In this document: piece after piece, positions 38,681-51,560 of the stretch
Numbering within the stretch: the first letter of the stretch is position 1
How the letters are laid out: every line of letters begins with the position of its first letter
Assembly (NCBI GenBank): GCA_951406725.2
Contig: OX597831.1
Location: 39,928,001 to 39,992,000, forward strand
Length of the DNA: 64,000 nucleotides
Direction: 5' to 3'
From: Octopus vulgaris
Taxonomy: Eukaryota
Translations under genes and position numbers: made by a program
Notes under the pieces: generated by a model
What the model saw: only the letters and a program-made list of their open reading frames with translations
What the model was told of the DNA's origin: nothing
The model's database searches: none

Positions 38681-39813
38681 AGAGAGAGAGACAGACAGGG
38701 AGTGACAGGTCAATAGACTAATAGAAAGCAAAAGAGAGAGAGAGAGACTAAGAGATGCTGCTTGTTATTTTGTTATCACTTTTTAAAAACTTCATTTAAC
38801 ACTGCAAAATTTTAAAACCAAGTTTTTCAACCACTCGAAAAGAAAAAAAAAAACAAAATGTTTTTATCATATTTATTTTAATATGATTATCTGTGATAGA
38901 TAATGTTTTTTGAAATACATTTTTAAGCTTTGTTGCCAAAATATGTAATTGGATAAATAAGAAAATGCAGTTTTCTCTCTGTTTAAATTTTATTATTCAT
39001 TTTTTAAATCTAATTTTTCTTACATCACGGAGCAATGGTTATATTTTAAAATATTTTAAATGCAATGGTAGTTTTCTTACATGGTAAAAATAAATATAAT
39101 TTCACTGCTTTTACATCATTTTTACATGTTTATAGCATTTGCCCTAGTAACTGTTTCCATATAATTTATCTTTGTTTTTTTTTTGTGTGGGGGATGTGTT
39201 TGGTGGGGGAAATAGGGAAGTTATGAATGAACCCCAGGGCCAACGTAAGCCTTACGACTGAATTCGACAGGCAGAAATTCAAAGAAGCTTCTGGGTGTGT
39301 TTGCGTGCATGGGAGGTGGGTGTTAGTGTCTTCTTGTCTTGACATTGCATGATAGGTGTAAATAAGACTCACCTTCATACAAGCAGTGTTCTATATTTCT
39401 TCTGGTTTCCCACGGAAACTTGTACAACACTTGTTTACGGCTATGAAGCTTGTCTACTGCTGTTATGCAATGTCGAGGCAAAGGAGACAAACATACACAT
39501 ACATCTTTTATCTTTCATCTCTTCACTTGTTTTAGTCATTAGATAGTGGCCACCACCTTGAAAAGTTTTTTTTTTTCTTATCCTAAATGGATTGAGCCCA
39601 AGTATTTCTTTTCCCCCTTTTTAAATTCAGTAAGTATTCTAATGGTCCAAACTGAGGAACTTCAACATGGTAGTCTGACTTGCTAGAAATAGCAGCCAAA
39701 TCCTTACCATGCACTACCACTTACTGTTCATATTTTGTTAAAATTTTAGAGATTGATAGTGAATTGTTGTTGTGTTTGAGCTCTAGACCAGTCCTTTATT
39801 ATTATTATTATTA

Positions 39814-40183
39814 TTACCTCCACTTTAGCAAAGGTGGAGCTATTGTTTCCAGTCGTGTTTATTTGATTGTCTGTGGACAAGATATCTCAAGAACCCCTGG
39901 GTGGATTCGGATGAAACTTTCAGGGATGTTTGGCCTTGTGACATAAACCGATAAGATTTTAGGATCGATCCAGCACCGGAAAAGGATTCTGGATTTTTTT
40001 CTTGTTTTTTTTTTTTTTTTACTTAATCTTTGAGAGCGGTCGGGTTCATTTTCGATATTCTTGGTGTGAGAGTAGTCGAGTTTATTTCAGATATCCTCAT
40101 TTTAAAAATCATCTCCGGTTAATCATTGAGAGGACGTTGGTGTTGACTTGGCAGAGGTTTGCACTCTTTTGAGTGCTCTTGTT
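39814..40183 (+). mobile_element. Helentron-associated (HINE/DINE-1-like) element
   Basis: 5' TTACCTCC..GGAG hairpin, 3' subTIR TTGGCAGAGGT, terminal GCACTC..GAGTGC stem; homologous to 47111 and 55458. Confidence 0.75.
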
Positions 40184-40559
40184 ATTATTATAATTTTAGG
40201 GCAATCTGGCTGCTGTTACTGAGAAGGTCGAAGAAACATACTAATGCTTCATCTACTAATGAGCTCGACAGCTAGGCTCCATATTGTAACAGTTATCATA
40301 CAATCTCGCACATGTGTATATGTGTTTGTATTTATAATGTGTGTGTAGATGGTAGGGACAGTATTAAATTTACGGAAATGAAAAGCAAAATAATGAAATA
40401 TACATATATATATATATATATACATACATACACATATGTATATAAGTAAGCTCCATGAGGTAACACTTATCATATGTACACACACACATATATATTTTCG
40501 AAAGGGGTTTGTATTAGATTTACAAACATAAAAAAAGCAAGAATAAAACAATGAAAGAC

Positions 40560-40752
40560 ACACACACACACACATATGTGTGTTTGTGTGTGTGTATATG
40601 TATATATATATATATATATATATACATATATACATATAGATACAACAAATATATATGACATACATATATACATATATACATATAGATACAAGCAAATATA
40701 TATGAACATACATATATATTCAAATATACAATATTGTGAATATGTGTGTGTA

Positions 40753-40795
<43 letters not shown>

Positions 40796-41085
40796 ATATG
40801 TAATATATATATATATGTGTGTGTGTATATGTACATGTATATATGTAATATATATATATATGTATATGTATAAGTAATGTATATGTAATATATATATATG
40901 TGTGTGTGTTTGTATATATATATATATATGTGTGTATATATGTATATATATATATGTATGTATATATATATGTATATATATATATATGTGTGTGTGTATA
41001 TATATATATATATATGTCTGTGTGTGTGTTATATGTAATATATACTTATATATGTATATATATATATATATATAGGTATGTGTTT
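40560..41085. repeat. (TA)n/(TG)n compound microsatellite
   Basis: Direct inspection. Confidence 0.95.
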
Positions 41086-41790
41086 GTGTGTTATCGCAAG
41101 CTTGAATGATAAATAAGTAAAATTCAGAAAGTTTGTTAAAACACTGGAGGAAAATAATTTTCCGCCATGTCTCCAGCAGGGTTTGTCTCATTTTCTTCGA
41201 GATGCAAATCAGAACTGATAATGGTTATTGCTTAGGGGTGGAACATGTTTGCCACAGAAACGTGCGGCGGTGGAGTTATGTGGGTGTGTTTGTGGGGTGT
41301 AGTATCCAGATGAGACAGAGCGAGCTGAAAGAAATCTCAGAAAATACACACACACACATTTTTTCTAATAAAAGAAACCAAACAAAATAGTGGGGATGGG
41401 GGAATTTTGCGAAATTTTAATGCAAAAATGGTAAAGAAAATTATGTAGCTGTTTTCATGGTAAGCCTTATGCATAGCAGACTTAATGAATTTGTGAAGGT
41501 GAGGTAGGGCGATGGGTGCCTTTGTACTGGTGGTTGTTGTTGTTGGTGGTGGTGGTGGTGGTGATGGTGTTGGCGGCGGTGCTGCTGCTGCTGATGTTAG
41601 AGGCGGTTGAGTGAAGGGGCAAAAATGTAATTCTGTCCATTGAACCAGATATTGCATATCTCATCTGTGTGAAACAGGGTTTTGCTGTCATTTATTTTAA
41701 TATGATGTCATGTATGTAAATATGTGTCTATATATATATATAAATATCTCCTTTTATATATATATATATATATATATTATATTTATTTAT

Positions 41791-41885
<95 letters not shown>

Positions 41886-41969
41886 GGAGAGTGGTAATGA
41901 TATAGATAAATACAAGTATAAATACGAATATGTTACGTATATACACATTACATATACACACATATGTAT

Positions 41970-42582
41970 ATTTCAGGTCTTGTGTCTTTAGTAGAAAGGA
42001 TTATGACTATTATTATTATTTTTATTCAAATACTACTGAGGTTGATATTGCCTTTCATTCTTTCAGGGTCAATAAAAGATGAAATAAGTACCAGTTACGT
42101 ACTGGGATCAATGAAATCAACTATCCTCCTCTAGCCACCCCCTCCCCCGCCAAACAAATTGAGGTCTTGTGCTTATAGTAGAAAAGATTATTATTGTTAT
42201 TATCATTATTATTATTATTATTATGAAGGTGGTGAGCTGGCAGAATCGTTAGTGTGCTGGATGAAATGTTTACACTACATTCTGAGTTCAAATTCTTCCA
42301 AGGTCGACATTGCCTTTCATCCTTTTGGGGTCGATGTAATCAACTCGTCCCCTCCCCCAAAATTTCAGGTTTGTGCCTATAGAAGAAAGGATTATCGTTA
42401 CTATTACTATTCCATGTGCTCAACATTCTGAGTCCAAATTCTACTAAGGTCAACTTTGCCATTCATCTTTCCAGGGGCACTAAAAATAAAGTACCAGCCA
42501 TGTACAGGGGTGATGTAATCAGCAGATCCCTTCCTTAAAATTGCTGGTCTGGTGCCAAAATCTGAAACTATTATTATTATTA
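41970..42582 (+). mobile_element. SINE-C tandem array, 3-4 units
   Basis: Repeated bodies separated by (ATT)n. Confidence 0.8.
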
Positions 42583-42863
42583 AAAAATTTCTGCTTCAGA
42601 AAAAAAAATAACCATTAGTTTAGGTTACTAACAAAAAGAATTTTCTAAAAGTTCTCGAAAATATAAAATTTTTTTGTCTCTTTTGTGTGTATGTATGTAT
42701 GTGTGTGTGTGTGAGAGAGAGAGAGAGACTTTATTTAGTTTATTTCTTGTCTGCACTTGGATTTCTAGAAAAATTGCTGAAGTCAATAATTCTAACAGAA
42801 AATTATCGAATTTGCTTGTAAATTAGAATACAAAACATTTCTGTACCGAACATTTTGTTTGCA

Positions 42864-42900
<37 letters not shown>

Positions 42901-43000
42901 GTAAAATTTCTCTCCCTCTCTCTCCCCCTTTCGCATTGCCATTTGTTCTCTTTCTGTTTTACATACACACACATCATGTTTTACCTTTATCAATAGCTAC

Positions 43001-43034
<34 letters not shown>

Positions 43035-43844
43035 TGCTGCCGAAAGTATTTTACTTTATATGGAAACTGATGATGCAATCATGTAGTAACCATGGTAACA
43101 GCCAGAGAAATAGCTTACTTATTTACACACAGGTTTCTGGTTCTCGGTTAGAGCACAGCATGACTGGTTGAACTGCGGTTTGAACCCTTGCTCTCATAGG
43201 TTAGAATTCAGACTTCAGAAACATCCATTCACATATGCTAAGTGAAATTTCTGAACTTCTCTCGACCCTGTCCTATGCGCTTGCTCTATCACTTCCATTT
43301 CACCTTCCTGTAACTTGAACGTATGCTCCACTCCATTTGTGTAACTATACCGGGGGGGGGGGGGAATAAGACCTGCAAGTCCCACTTGTCGTTCCACCAC
43401 AAGAAAAAAGCTCTCACAGAGTGGCAGAGTTTGTGATTCTGTCCCTGTTGGTGATCTTGAATATTCTGCATAGACATCAATGGTGAAATGCATTCAGTGA
43501 TCTTGGCAGTTGCTTCTGGCATATTTCCTGCATAGAGTGCTGTTGGCAGGTCAGCACTCTAGAAGAGTAGGCCCTTCATGCAGTTGTCAATCAAAGTGCT
43601 TAATCACTGAACAATGCTGCTGCATACACAATTTTGCAGTTGACAATTGCATATTTTATTGCCTAGTGCTTTATCAACCAAGGATGTCTAAAAAGCAAAC
43701 CAGACTATGCTGAGATTTGAACACTGAAACATGGGGCTCAATGATATCATCATTATCATCATCTTCATCATCAACGTTGTCATCGTTTTCATCATCTTCA
43801 TTATTATCATCATCAACATTATAATTATCATTATCATCATCATC

Positions 43845-44258
43845 ATCGTCATCATCATTGTCATCATTTAACGTCTGTTATTCATACTGGTATAGATTGA
43901 ACGATTTGATCAGAGCTGACACGTTGGGGACCTACACTAGACTCCAATCTGATTTGACATGGTTTCTACGGCTGGATGCTCTTCCTAATGCCAACCACTT
44001 TACAAAGTGTGCTGGGTACTTTTATGCGGCACCACGTGGGCACTTTCACATGGTACCATGAGGACTCTTTTACATGACACTGCATGGATGCTGTTATGTA
44101 GCACCGCATAGTGGCTTTCATGTGGCACCGCAGGGGCACTTTTACATGGCTCTACACATGTACTTTTAAGTGGCACTGCCATAAGTGCTTCGCACCACCA
44201 GAGGTATCGATCTTAACACTTCTGCTGTGGGTTGCGGGTCGTCTTGAATACAGCAGGG
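43845..44258 (-). mobile_element. RTE LINE 3' end with ~24-bp subrepeats
   Basis: Family B motifs; tandem GCACC..GGGCACTTTTACATG-like units at 44020-44190. Confidence 0.7.
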
Positions 44259-44812
44259 TATTTCTTCTGATTGCTCTCTCATTGTCTTTCCCATTTTTTT
44301 TTTTAATCTGTTCTTCCTTGTCCTTGACCTACAACAACATGAAACTTGCACCCAACTCCTTCTCTGTTATCTGGAACTATCCTAAGTAAATGAATTTCAT
44401 ATCTAAAATCTCCGCTTTGAAGAATCGTGTTGCACTGAAAAGCAACGTTGAAAATGCAATCTCGTGAGCAGATTTGTAATGACATTGGAACTACGGCAGT
44501 GCTTTTGTGCGTCGGGGTGGGGTACGGTTGGGTAGGCTGTATAATAATGTATTGGAATTATTTCATCGTTGTGGCATGTTTAATTATCTATCATCAAATG
44601 ATCTCTTTTGGCAGAGGTGGTGGTTGGGAATTATTGGGTGGTGGGCGTCTTTTTTGTTGGACTTTGTTTTGTCAAGTATTTGTTGTTTGTTATTTTCCTT
44701 TTATTTGCATTTTATTTGAATTTATTTCATCCTGTGAAGATAATCTGTCAGACGTGATCAATCTTCGTTCTTCTCATCTGATTAGAATGAATTTTCTTAT
44801 TTTCAGCTGAAG

Positions 44813-44867
<55 letters not shown>

Positions 44868-44920
44868 CTCTCCCTTTCTCTCTGTCATTCACTCTTGATT
44901 TTTCTCTATCTCTTTTTCTC

Positions 44921-45001
<81 letters not shown>

Positions 45002-45119
45002 CATGTGTGTGTATCTGAGTTTATATATATATGTGTGTGTGTGTGAGTTTTTGTGTGGGAATCTGAGTATATATATGTGTATGTGTTTGTGTGTATGCCT
45101 GTGTATATGTGAGTCCATA

Positions 45120-45150
<31 letters not shown>

Positions 45151-45507
45151 GTGCATATATATATATGCACATATATCTATGTATGTACACATATATGTAT
45201 ATATATATATAAACATACATACATACATACATACACACCCTCTGTTATTCAGTTCATTGTAATTCATTATAACAACTGGTAATTTATTACATTTGATATT
45301 CCAATGATTGTCGCATCATTTAACTCTGCTTTATTTATATCTATTGTTGGTTCAAATGCTTCTATCTATTTTCTTGTTCTTGTTGCTGTTTGTTACCATG
45401 GAGCAAAAGCAGTGGAGCATTTGCACAAAATGTCTTACAGTATTTCTTGTGAATATTTACATTCTGAGTTCAAATCCTTTCAACACTGCCTTGTTTTTTT
45501 TTTTGTT

Positions 45508-46176
45508 ATTTTATTCTTATATCTGTTTCAGTCATCTGACTGCGGCCATGCTGGAGCACTGCCTTCAGTCGAACGAATCAACCCCAGGATTTATTCTTTG
45601 TAAACTTAGTACTTATCCTATAGTGAAGGCGCATGGCTCAGTGGTTAGAGCGTTGAAGTTAGGACCGCAAGGTTGTGATTTCGAATCTCAGACTGGGCTG
45701 CGTGTTGTGTTCTTGAGCAAGACACTTTATTTCACGTTGCTCCAGTTAACTCAGCTGTAGAAATGAGTTGCGATGTCACTGGTGCCAAGCCGTATCAACC
45801 TTTGCTTTTCCCTTGGATAACACTGGTGGCATGGAGAGGGGAGGCCGGTATGCATGGGCGACTGCTGGTCTTCCATAAACAACCTTGCCCGGACTTGTGC
45901 GTTGGTGGATAACTTTCTAGGTGCAATCCCATGGTCATTCGTGACTGAAAGGGCCTCCGATCTTATTGATCTCTTTTGCTGATTTGCCAAGTTACGAGGA
46001 CGTAAAGATGCCAACATCGGTTATCTAGCGATAGTGGGCGGGACAAACACACACACTCACATGCATATATATATATATATATGACGGGCTTCTTTCAGTT
46101 TCCATCTGCCAAATCCACTCACAAGGCTTTGGTTGGCGCAAGGCTATAGTAGAAGACACTTGCCCAAGGTGCCATG
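45508..46176 (-). mobile_element. SINE family A interrupted by SINE-D
   Basis: 3' part at 45508-45620 resumes at about 45960. Confidence 0.8.
45624..45957 (+). mobile_element. SINE family D (body type 3), well preserved
   Basis: TGGCTCAGTGGTTAGAGCG A-box, GATTTCGAATC B-box, TGTTCTTGAGCAAGACACTT box. Confidence 0.85.
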
Positions 46177-46177
46177 T

Positions 46178-46558
46178 CAGCTTTGCTTTTCATCCCCCCA
46201 AATTTTCAGGCCTTGTACCTCTAGTATAAACAATTACTATTATTATTATTATTTGAGAAAATAAGTACTAGTTGAGAACTTAGGCTGATATAACCAACTT
46301 ACCTACTTCCCCCAAAATTGCTGGTCATCTGCCAAAATATGAAACCATTATTATTATTATTAAGGCAGTGAGATGACACAATCATTATTAGTACATCAGG
46401 CAAAATGCTTAGTGGCATTTCATCCTTGTTTGGATTCCTCTGAGGTCGACTTTGCTTTTATCCACTCGGGGTCAATAAAATAAGGACCAGTTGAGCACAG
46501 GGGTCAATTTGACTTACTCCCTCCTTCAAAATTGCTGGCCTTGTGCCGAAATTTGAGT
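46178..46558 (+). mobile_element. SINE-C array
   Basis: Three partial or full units with (ATT)n spacers. Confidence 0.7.
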
Positions 46559-46941
46559 TGGAGAAAAGAGAATTGGAGAGGTCACTTGCCCTTGGTGTTC
46601 AGGGAGATCGTTGATAGTGAGGTTCCTTGATTATCCCTAGAGGCCATCCTGCATCAGAAGGACTACATCTCTATCACCCCCCCTTTTTTTGTTAACCTTT
46701 GTATATTATGTATATTTCCCTTCCTTTTCACTGTATACCATGCATACTTACTCTCTCTTTCCTTTTTTTCTTTATTATTATCTATTTATTTATTTTATCA
46801 TTTCGTTATATGTAAACCTCAACACTTTGTTTTGTATTGTCCCCCTCATCATTTGCCCTGATGGCAAATTAATGAAATCATCATCTTCATCATTATTATT
46901 GTTGTTGTTGTTCTTGTTAAGTTGCTTTTGTTAGTTTGTTG

Positions 46942-46986
46942 CTTGACTCATGTTCTTTTCTTCTTTTTTTCTTCTTCCAGGTAAGT
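46942..46986 (+). promoter_or_regulatory. Candidate recursive splice site (3' acceptor abutting a 5' donor)
   Basis: Branch-like CTTGACTCAT, a 26-nt pure pyrimidine run (46953-46978), then AG|GTAAGT at 46979-46986. Confidence 0.65.
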
Positions 46987-47110
46987 GATTGAAAATTCAA
47001 TTATGAATCGGAGGTCATCAGACCAATCAATGTTAGTTGTATGTGCTACGGTTGCAAAGGTAAATTACTTCACTGCTGCTTTATTTCCCTTCTTCTCTTA
47101 ATTTACTTTG

Positions 47111-47483
47111 TTACCTCCGCCTTAGCGAAGGCGGAGGTATTGTTTTCAGTCGTGCTTGTTTGTTTGTTTGTCCGTGGACAAGATATCACAAGAACCACTG
47201 AATGGATTTGGATGAAACTTTCAGGCATCTTTGGCCTCATGACTGGCACAAGCTGATTAGATTTTGGAATTGATCTGGTACCGGACAAGGATTCTGGATT
47301 ACTTTTCCTCTTTTTTTACTTAATTTTTGAGAGCAGCCGGGTTCATCTTTAGTATTCTCGTTTGTGAGAGCAATCGAGTTTATTTCAGATATTCTCATTT
47401 TAAAAATCATCTCTGGATAATAGTGGAGAGGACATTGGTGTTGCCTTGGCAACATTGGTTTGCACTCTCTGAGTGCTCTTGTT
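47111..47483 (+). mobile_element. Helentron-associated (HINE/DINE-1-like) element
   Basis: ACCTCCGCCTT-AGCG-AAGGCGGAGGT hairpin, (GTTT)n, 3' GCACTC-TCT-GAGTGC stem, T-rich ends. Confidence 0.8.
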
Positions 47484-47652
47484 TTTTTGTTGTTTTCATA
47501 CCACTGACTCTCCCTTTCCCTCCTCCATCATTGTCAATAATTTTCATGGATATTAATCAGCCTCCTTCAGACATGCAAACCTCACTGAAGTTCTCGACAG
47601 AGTCTACTTCAACACTCAAGGATCCACAGCTGTTGGGACTCAGTGGTGAGAA

Positions 47653-48006
47653 ATCACAAAGGGGATGGCAAGGGACCGAGATTCCTGGCAGTTTGCTGTG
47701 TATGAAAAGACACATCAAGTTATGCAAAAGCATGGTTGCACTTGCATACAAGCAAGTCCCCCTGCAACCCTTTCCAGCTGAGCATCCCTAATCTTGCTGG
47801 TATCACGTAAAGAGAACACGGTCCAATGCTGTGTAAAAGCAACCGCTACACTCTGTAAAGTGGTTGGCATTAGGAAGGGCATCCAGCCGTAGAAAGAATG
47901 CCAAAACAGACATGGAGCCTGAACAACCCATCAGCTGGTCATCTCTTGTCCAACCGTCCAACCCATGCCAGCATGGAAAACAGACTTTGAATAATGATGA
48001 TGATGG
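47653..48006 (+). mobile_element. RTE LINE 3' end: ORF C-terminus plus family B UTR
   Basis: ITKGMARDRDSWQFAVYEKTHQV followed on the same strand by the family B UTR and (TGA)n. Confidence 0.75.
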
Positions 48007-48159
48007 TGGTGAATTCACAACAAGAATCCTGCAAACCAGATGCAAAAGCAAAAGGTTTTGTGTAATATTTATTTGTATAATCACCTGTACAAATTTGAAT
48101 TAATTCTGGACAGTTTAACAGTTTCTCTGTCCACCTGTACTCTTTGTTACCTTATATTC

Positions 48160-48890
48160 ACCCCACCACTGTACTTTGTGGGTATGTCCCAATGCGTCTC
48201 CAGCACCATCTGTTTTTCTCTTTCTCCTCTCTCTATCTTTCTCTCTAACTCTATTTCTCCTCCCTCTCTTTCCTTTTTCTACTGGGGGTGGCCAAGTATT
48301 TCCTCTGTAGTGAGACACCTATCTTTATCCTCATGTTATACATTAACTCCTTGACCAGCACAAAGTCACCTCTCTCAGTGCCACTAGCTCTCCCAGTCGA
48401 GGGGTCTTTGTCTCGCAAGTTCTGTAGTAACCCCACAGGTGTTGGTGCCATATAAAAATGCACCAATGCTAGTTCCACATAAAAAGCACCCAGTACACTC
48501 TGCAGAGTGGTTGGCATCAAGAAGGGCTTCAGGCTGCAGAAACTATGCCCCAAGCATAGAAAATTGTCTAAAGCAGTTCTCTTGATATCGTTGATTACTG
48601 CTATGAATGATTTCATTTTTGCCCCCTCACAGGCTCCTGTGCCAGTGGCATGTAGAAAGCACTATTTGAACTTGATTGATGCCAGGCTTGACCAGCTGGC
48701 TCCTGTGCCAGTGGCACATAAAAAGCACTCAACACTCTCGGAGTGGTTGGCGTTAGGAAGGGCATCCAGCTGTAGAAACATTGCCAGATCAGATTTGAGC
48801 CTGGTGCAGCTGCTGGCTCTCTAGAGCACAGTCAAACCATCCGACCCATGTCAGCATGGGAAATGGGCGTTAATTGATGATGAAGATGAT
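48160..48890 (+). mobile_element. Two adjacent RTE 3' UTR fragments
   Basis: 48160-48560 older subfamily; 48630-48890 younger, with subrepeats and (TGA)n. Confidence 0.75.
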
Positions 48891-49382
48891 GTTTAAATAT
48901 ATATTTAGTGTCAGATGCCACTTGCATTAGATTGTACTTAGCTTGACGCATCTTCTCAAGTACAGCAAATCACTATAACTGCCGCTCACTTACACACACA
49001 CACACACACACACACGCATATGTTTGTGCAAACAGTGGGCACGTAGAAGCACCTGTTGACGTTTCTTGATAGGACAAGAATTAAATGCATTATTGACATG
49101 GTCTCCCATCTGGTCACTAATGAATGGTTGATGGTAAAAGTTAAAGAGAGGGAGAGGCAACTCTGTTTGTCCAAAACCTTTCATATTTGCTATGTTTGCT
49201 CGACAAAAGACTGTACGTCATTAAACAGTTACAAATACGAAGTGTGTGTATGTGTCTTACGTGAATGTGTTGTGTACACATACCTATATTCATGTTTCTA
49301 GTATATGTTTATTCGAGATATATATATAATCACAGACACGATATACATACATATTTAAATGCATGTATTTATTTAAACTGAC

Positions 49383-49733
<351 letters not shown>

Positions 49734-49875
49734 ATTATGCATTATATTTTATATATCTTTGTGTTTGTATTTATATATATCTATTTATGTGTGTGTGTGT
49801 ATATATATATATTTATATGTATTTGTGTGTGTTTGTACATATTTATATAGCTAAATATATATTTCTATGTATGTA

Positions 49876-49906
<31 letters not shown>

Positions 49907-50919
49907 GTATCCGTATGTATGTATGTATACACATATATATGTATGTATGTATGTTTGTGTGTTTACTGGATCCAAACTGAATTTCAGGTTTTAGTTTGTT
50001 TTACTTTCATTCCTATTTATTTTGTTATTTCCATTTATTTATTTATTTTAATTATTGCTATTTTCTTCCTACCCTGAATGAAAGCACAAATAATAAAATG
50101 TAAACAAATACGACAATGAAAATATATTGGTACAAATTGGTACGCGATTCTTCCCCTACAATACACCTGCATACTCCTTAGATACAAGCAAATCCATATA
50201 CATAAGTATATGCATACCTGTCTCTATGCATGTGTGTGTGTGTGTACCTTCCTCTATATGTGTGTGTGTATAAATATTATATATATATATATCCCTCTCT
50301 CTCTTTCGGAGAGGCACTGAGCAGCTATACGCACACATACACACACGGCAGTAACTTCCACCTACCGAATTCAATCACAAAGCTCCGGCCATATATATAT
50401 ATACACAAATGCATATATGGGTACAGGACGTCACTAACAGTAAACATGAAATACAAAAACAAATGAGTTCAATGTGCAAACAACAAGAGAAGCAAATGGG
50501 AAAATTATTAAGACAATTTAGGGGTGGATTTCTTACCATTGACACATTCATGCAACCTTTCCCAGCATTTGAGGGCTAGGTGCTAAAACGTTATGTTTTA
50601 AAACCTGTTTCTTAGTCAAGCAATCCGAAGCGAACTTCATCATGCACCTTACTTTTCAGACACAGCAGACTTGAGCCTGGTGCAGCTGCTGGCTCTCTAG
50701 AGCAGTCAAACCATCCGACCCATGCCAGCAATTGGGTTTGCACTTAGGTTCACTGTGTGGCCATTGGTGCAGTATGTGGGTCTCACTGCCACTGTAGTAT
50801 ACACATACATATATACAAACACATGCATATGTTAAGGTTGTTCCTCAAATATATCATGTTTGTCCACATGAGGTTCAAGATATTTAGAATGCTATCAGTG
50901 GACAAAATGCAAATGATAA

Positions 50920-51560
50920 TTATAATTCTTCTTGCTATGGGCACAAGGCCTGACATTTTTGCAGGAGGAGCAGGCTAGTTGATTGCATTGGCCCCACTGT
51001 TCAACTGGTACTTGTTTCATTGGCCCCCAAAGGGCAAAGTTGACTATGGCAGAATTTGAACTCAGAACACAGAGATAACCAGAATGCCACTAAGAATTTT
51101 GTCTGGCGTGCTATCAGTTCTGCCAGCTCTCCATCTTAATCCTTTCTGCTGTAAGCGCAAGGCTTGAAAATTTTAAAGAGGCGGTAGTTGATTACATTGA
51201 CCCTCAAAGGATGAAAGGGGAAGTTGACCTTGGTGGAATTAGAACTCAGAATGTAAAGACAGATGAAATACTGCTAAAACTTCACCTGGCATGGTCTCCA
51301 CCTTCTTCTTCTTCTTCTTCTTATTATTATTATTATTATTATAATCCTTTTTACTATAAGCACAAAATCTGAAAATTTGAGGGCGGTGCCTAGTCGATTA
51401 CAGTGACCTCAGTGCATAACTGGTACTTACTTTATCAACCCCAAAAGGATGAAAGGCAATGTCAACCTCGGGGGTATTTAATCTCAGAATGTAGCTGCTT
51501 ACAAAATACCAGTGCATTTTGCCCAGTGTGGTAACGATTCTCCCAGCTTGCCGCTTTAAT
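50920..51560 (-). mobile_element. SINE-C array of three units, reverse strand
   Basis: Three CACAAGGC..GATTACA..GGCAAAGT..GAACTCAGAA-like units. Confidence 0.8.

Noticed and set aside
45624-45700. tRNA-like sequence
   Set aside because: Head of a SINE; no complete acceptor stem, and it continues into a repeat body
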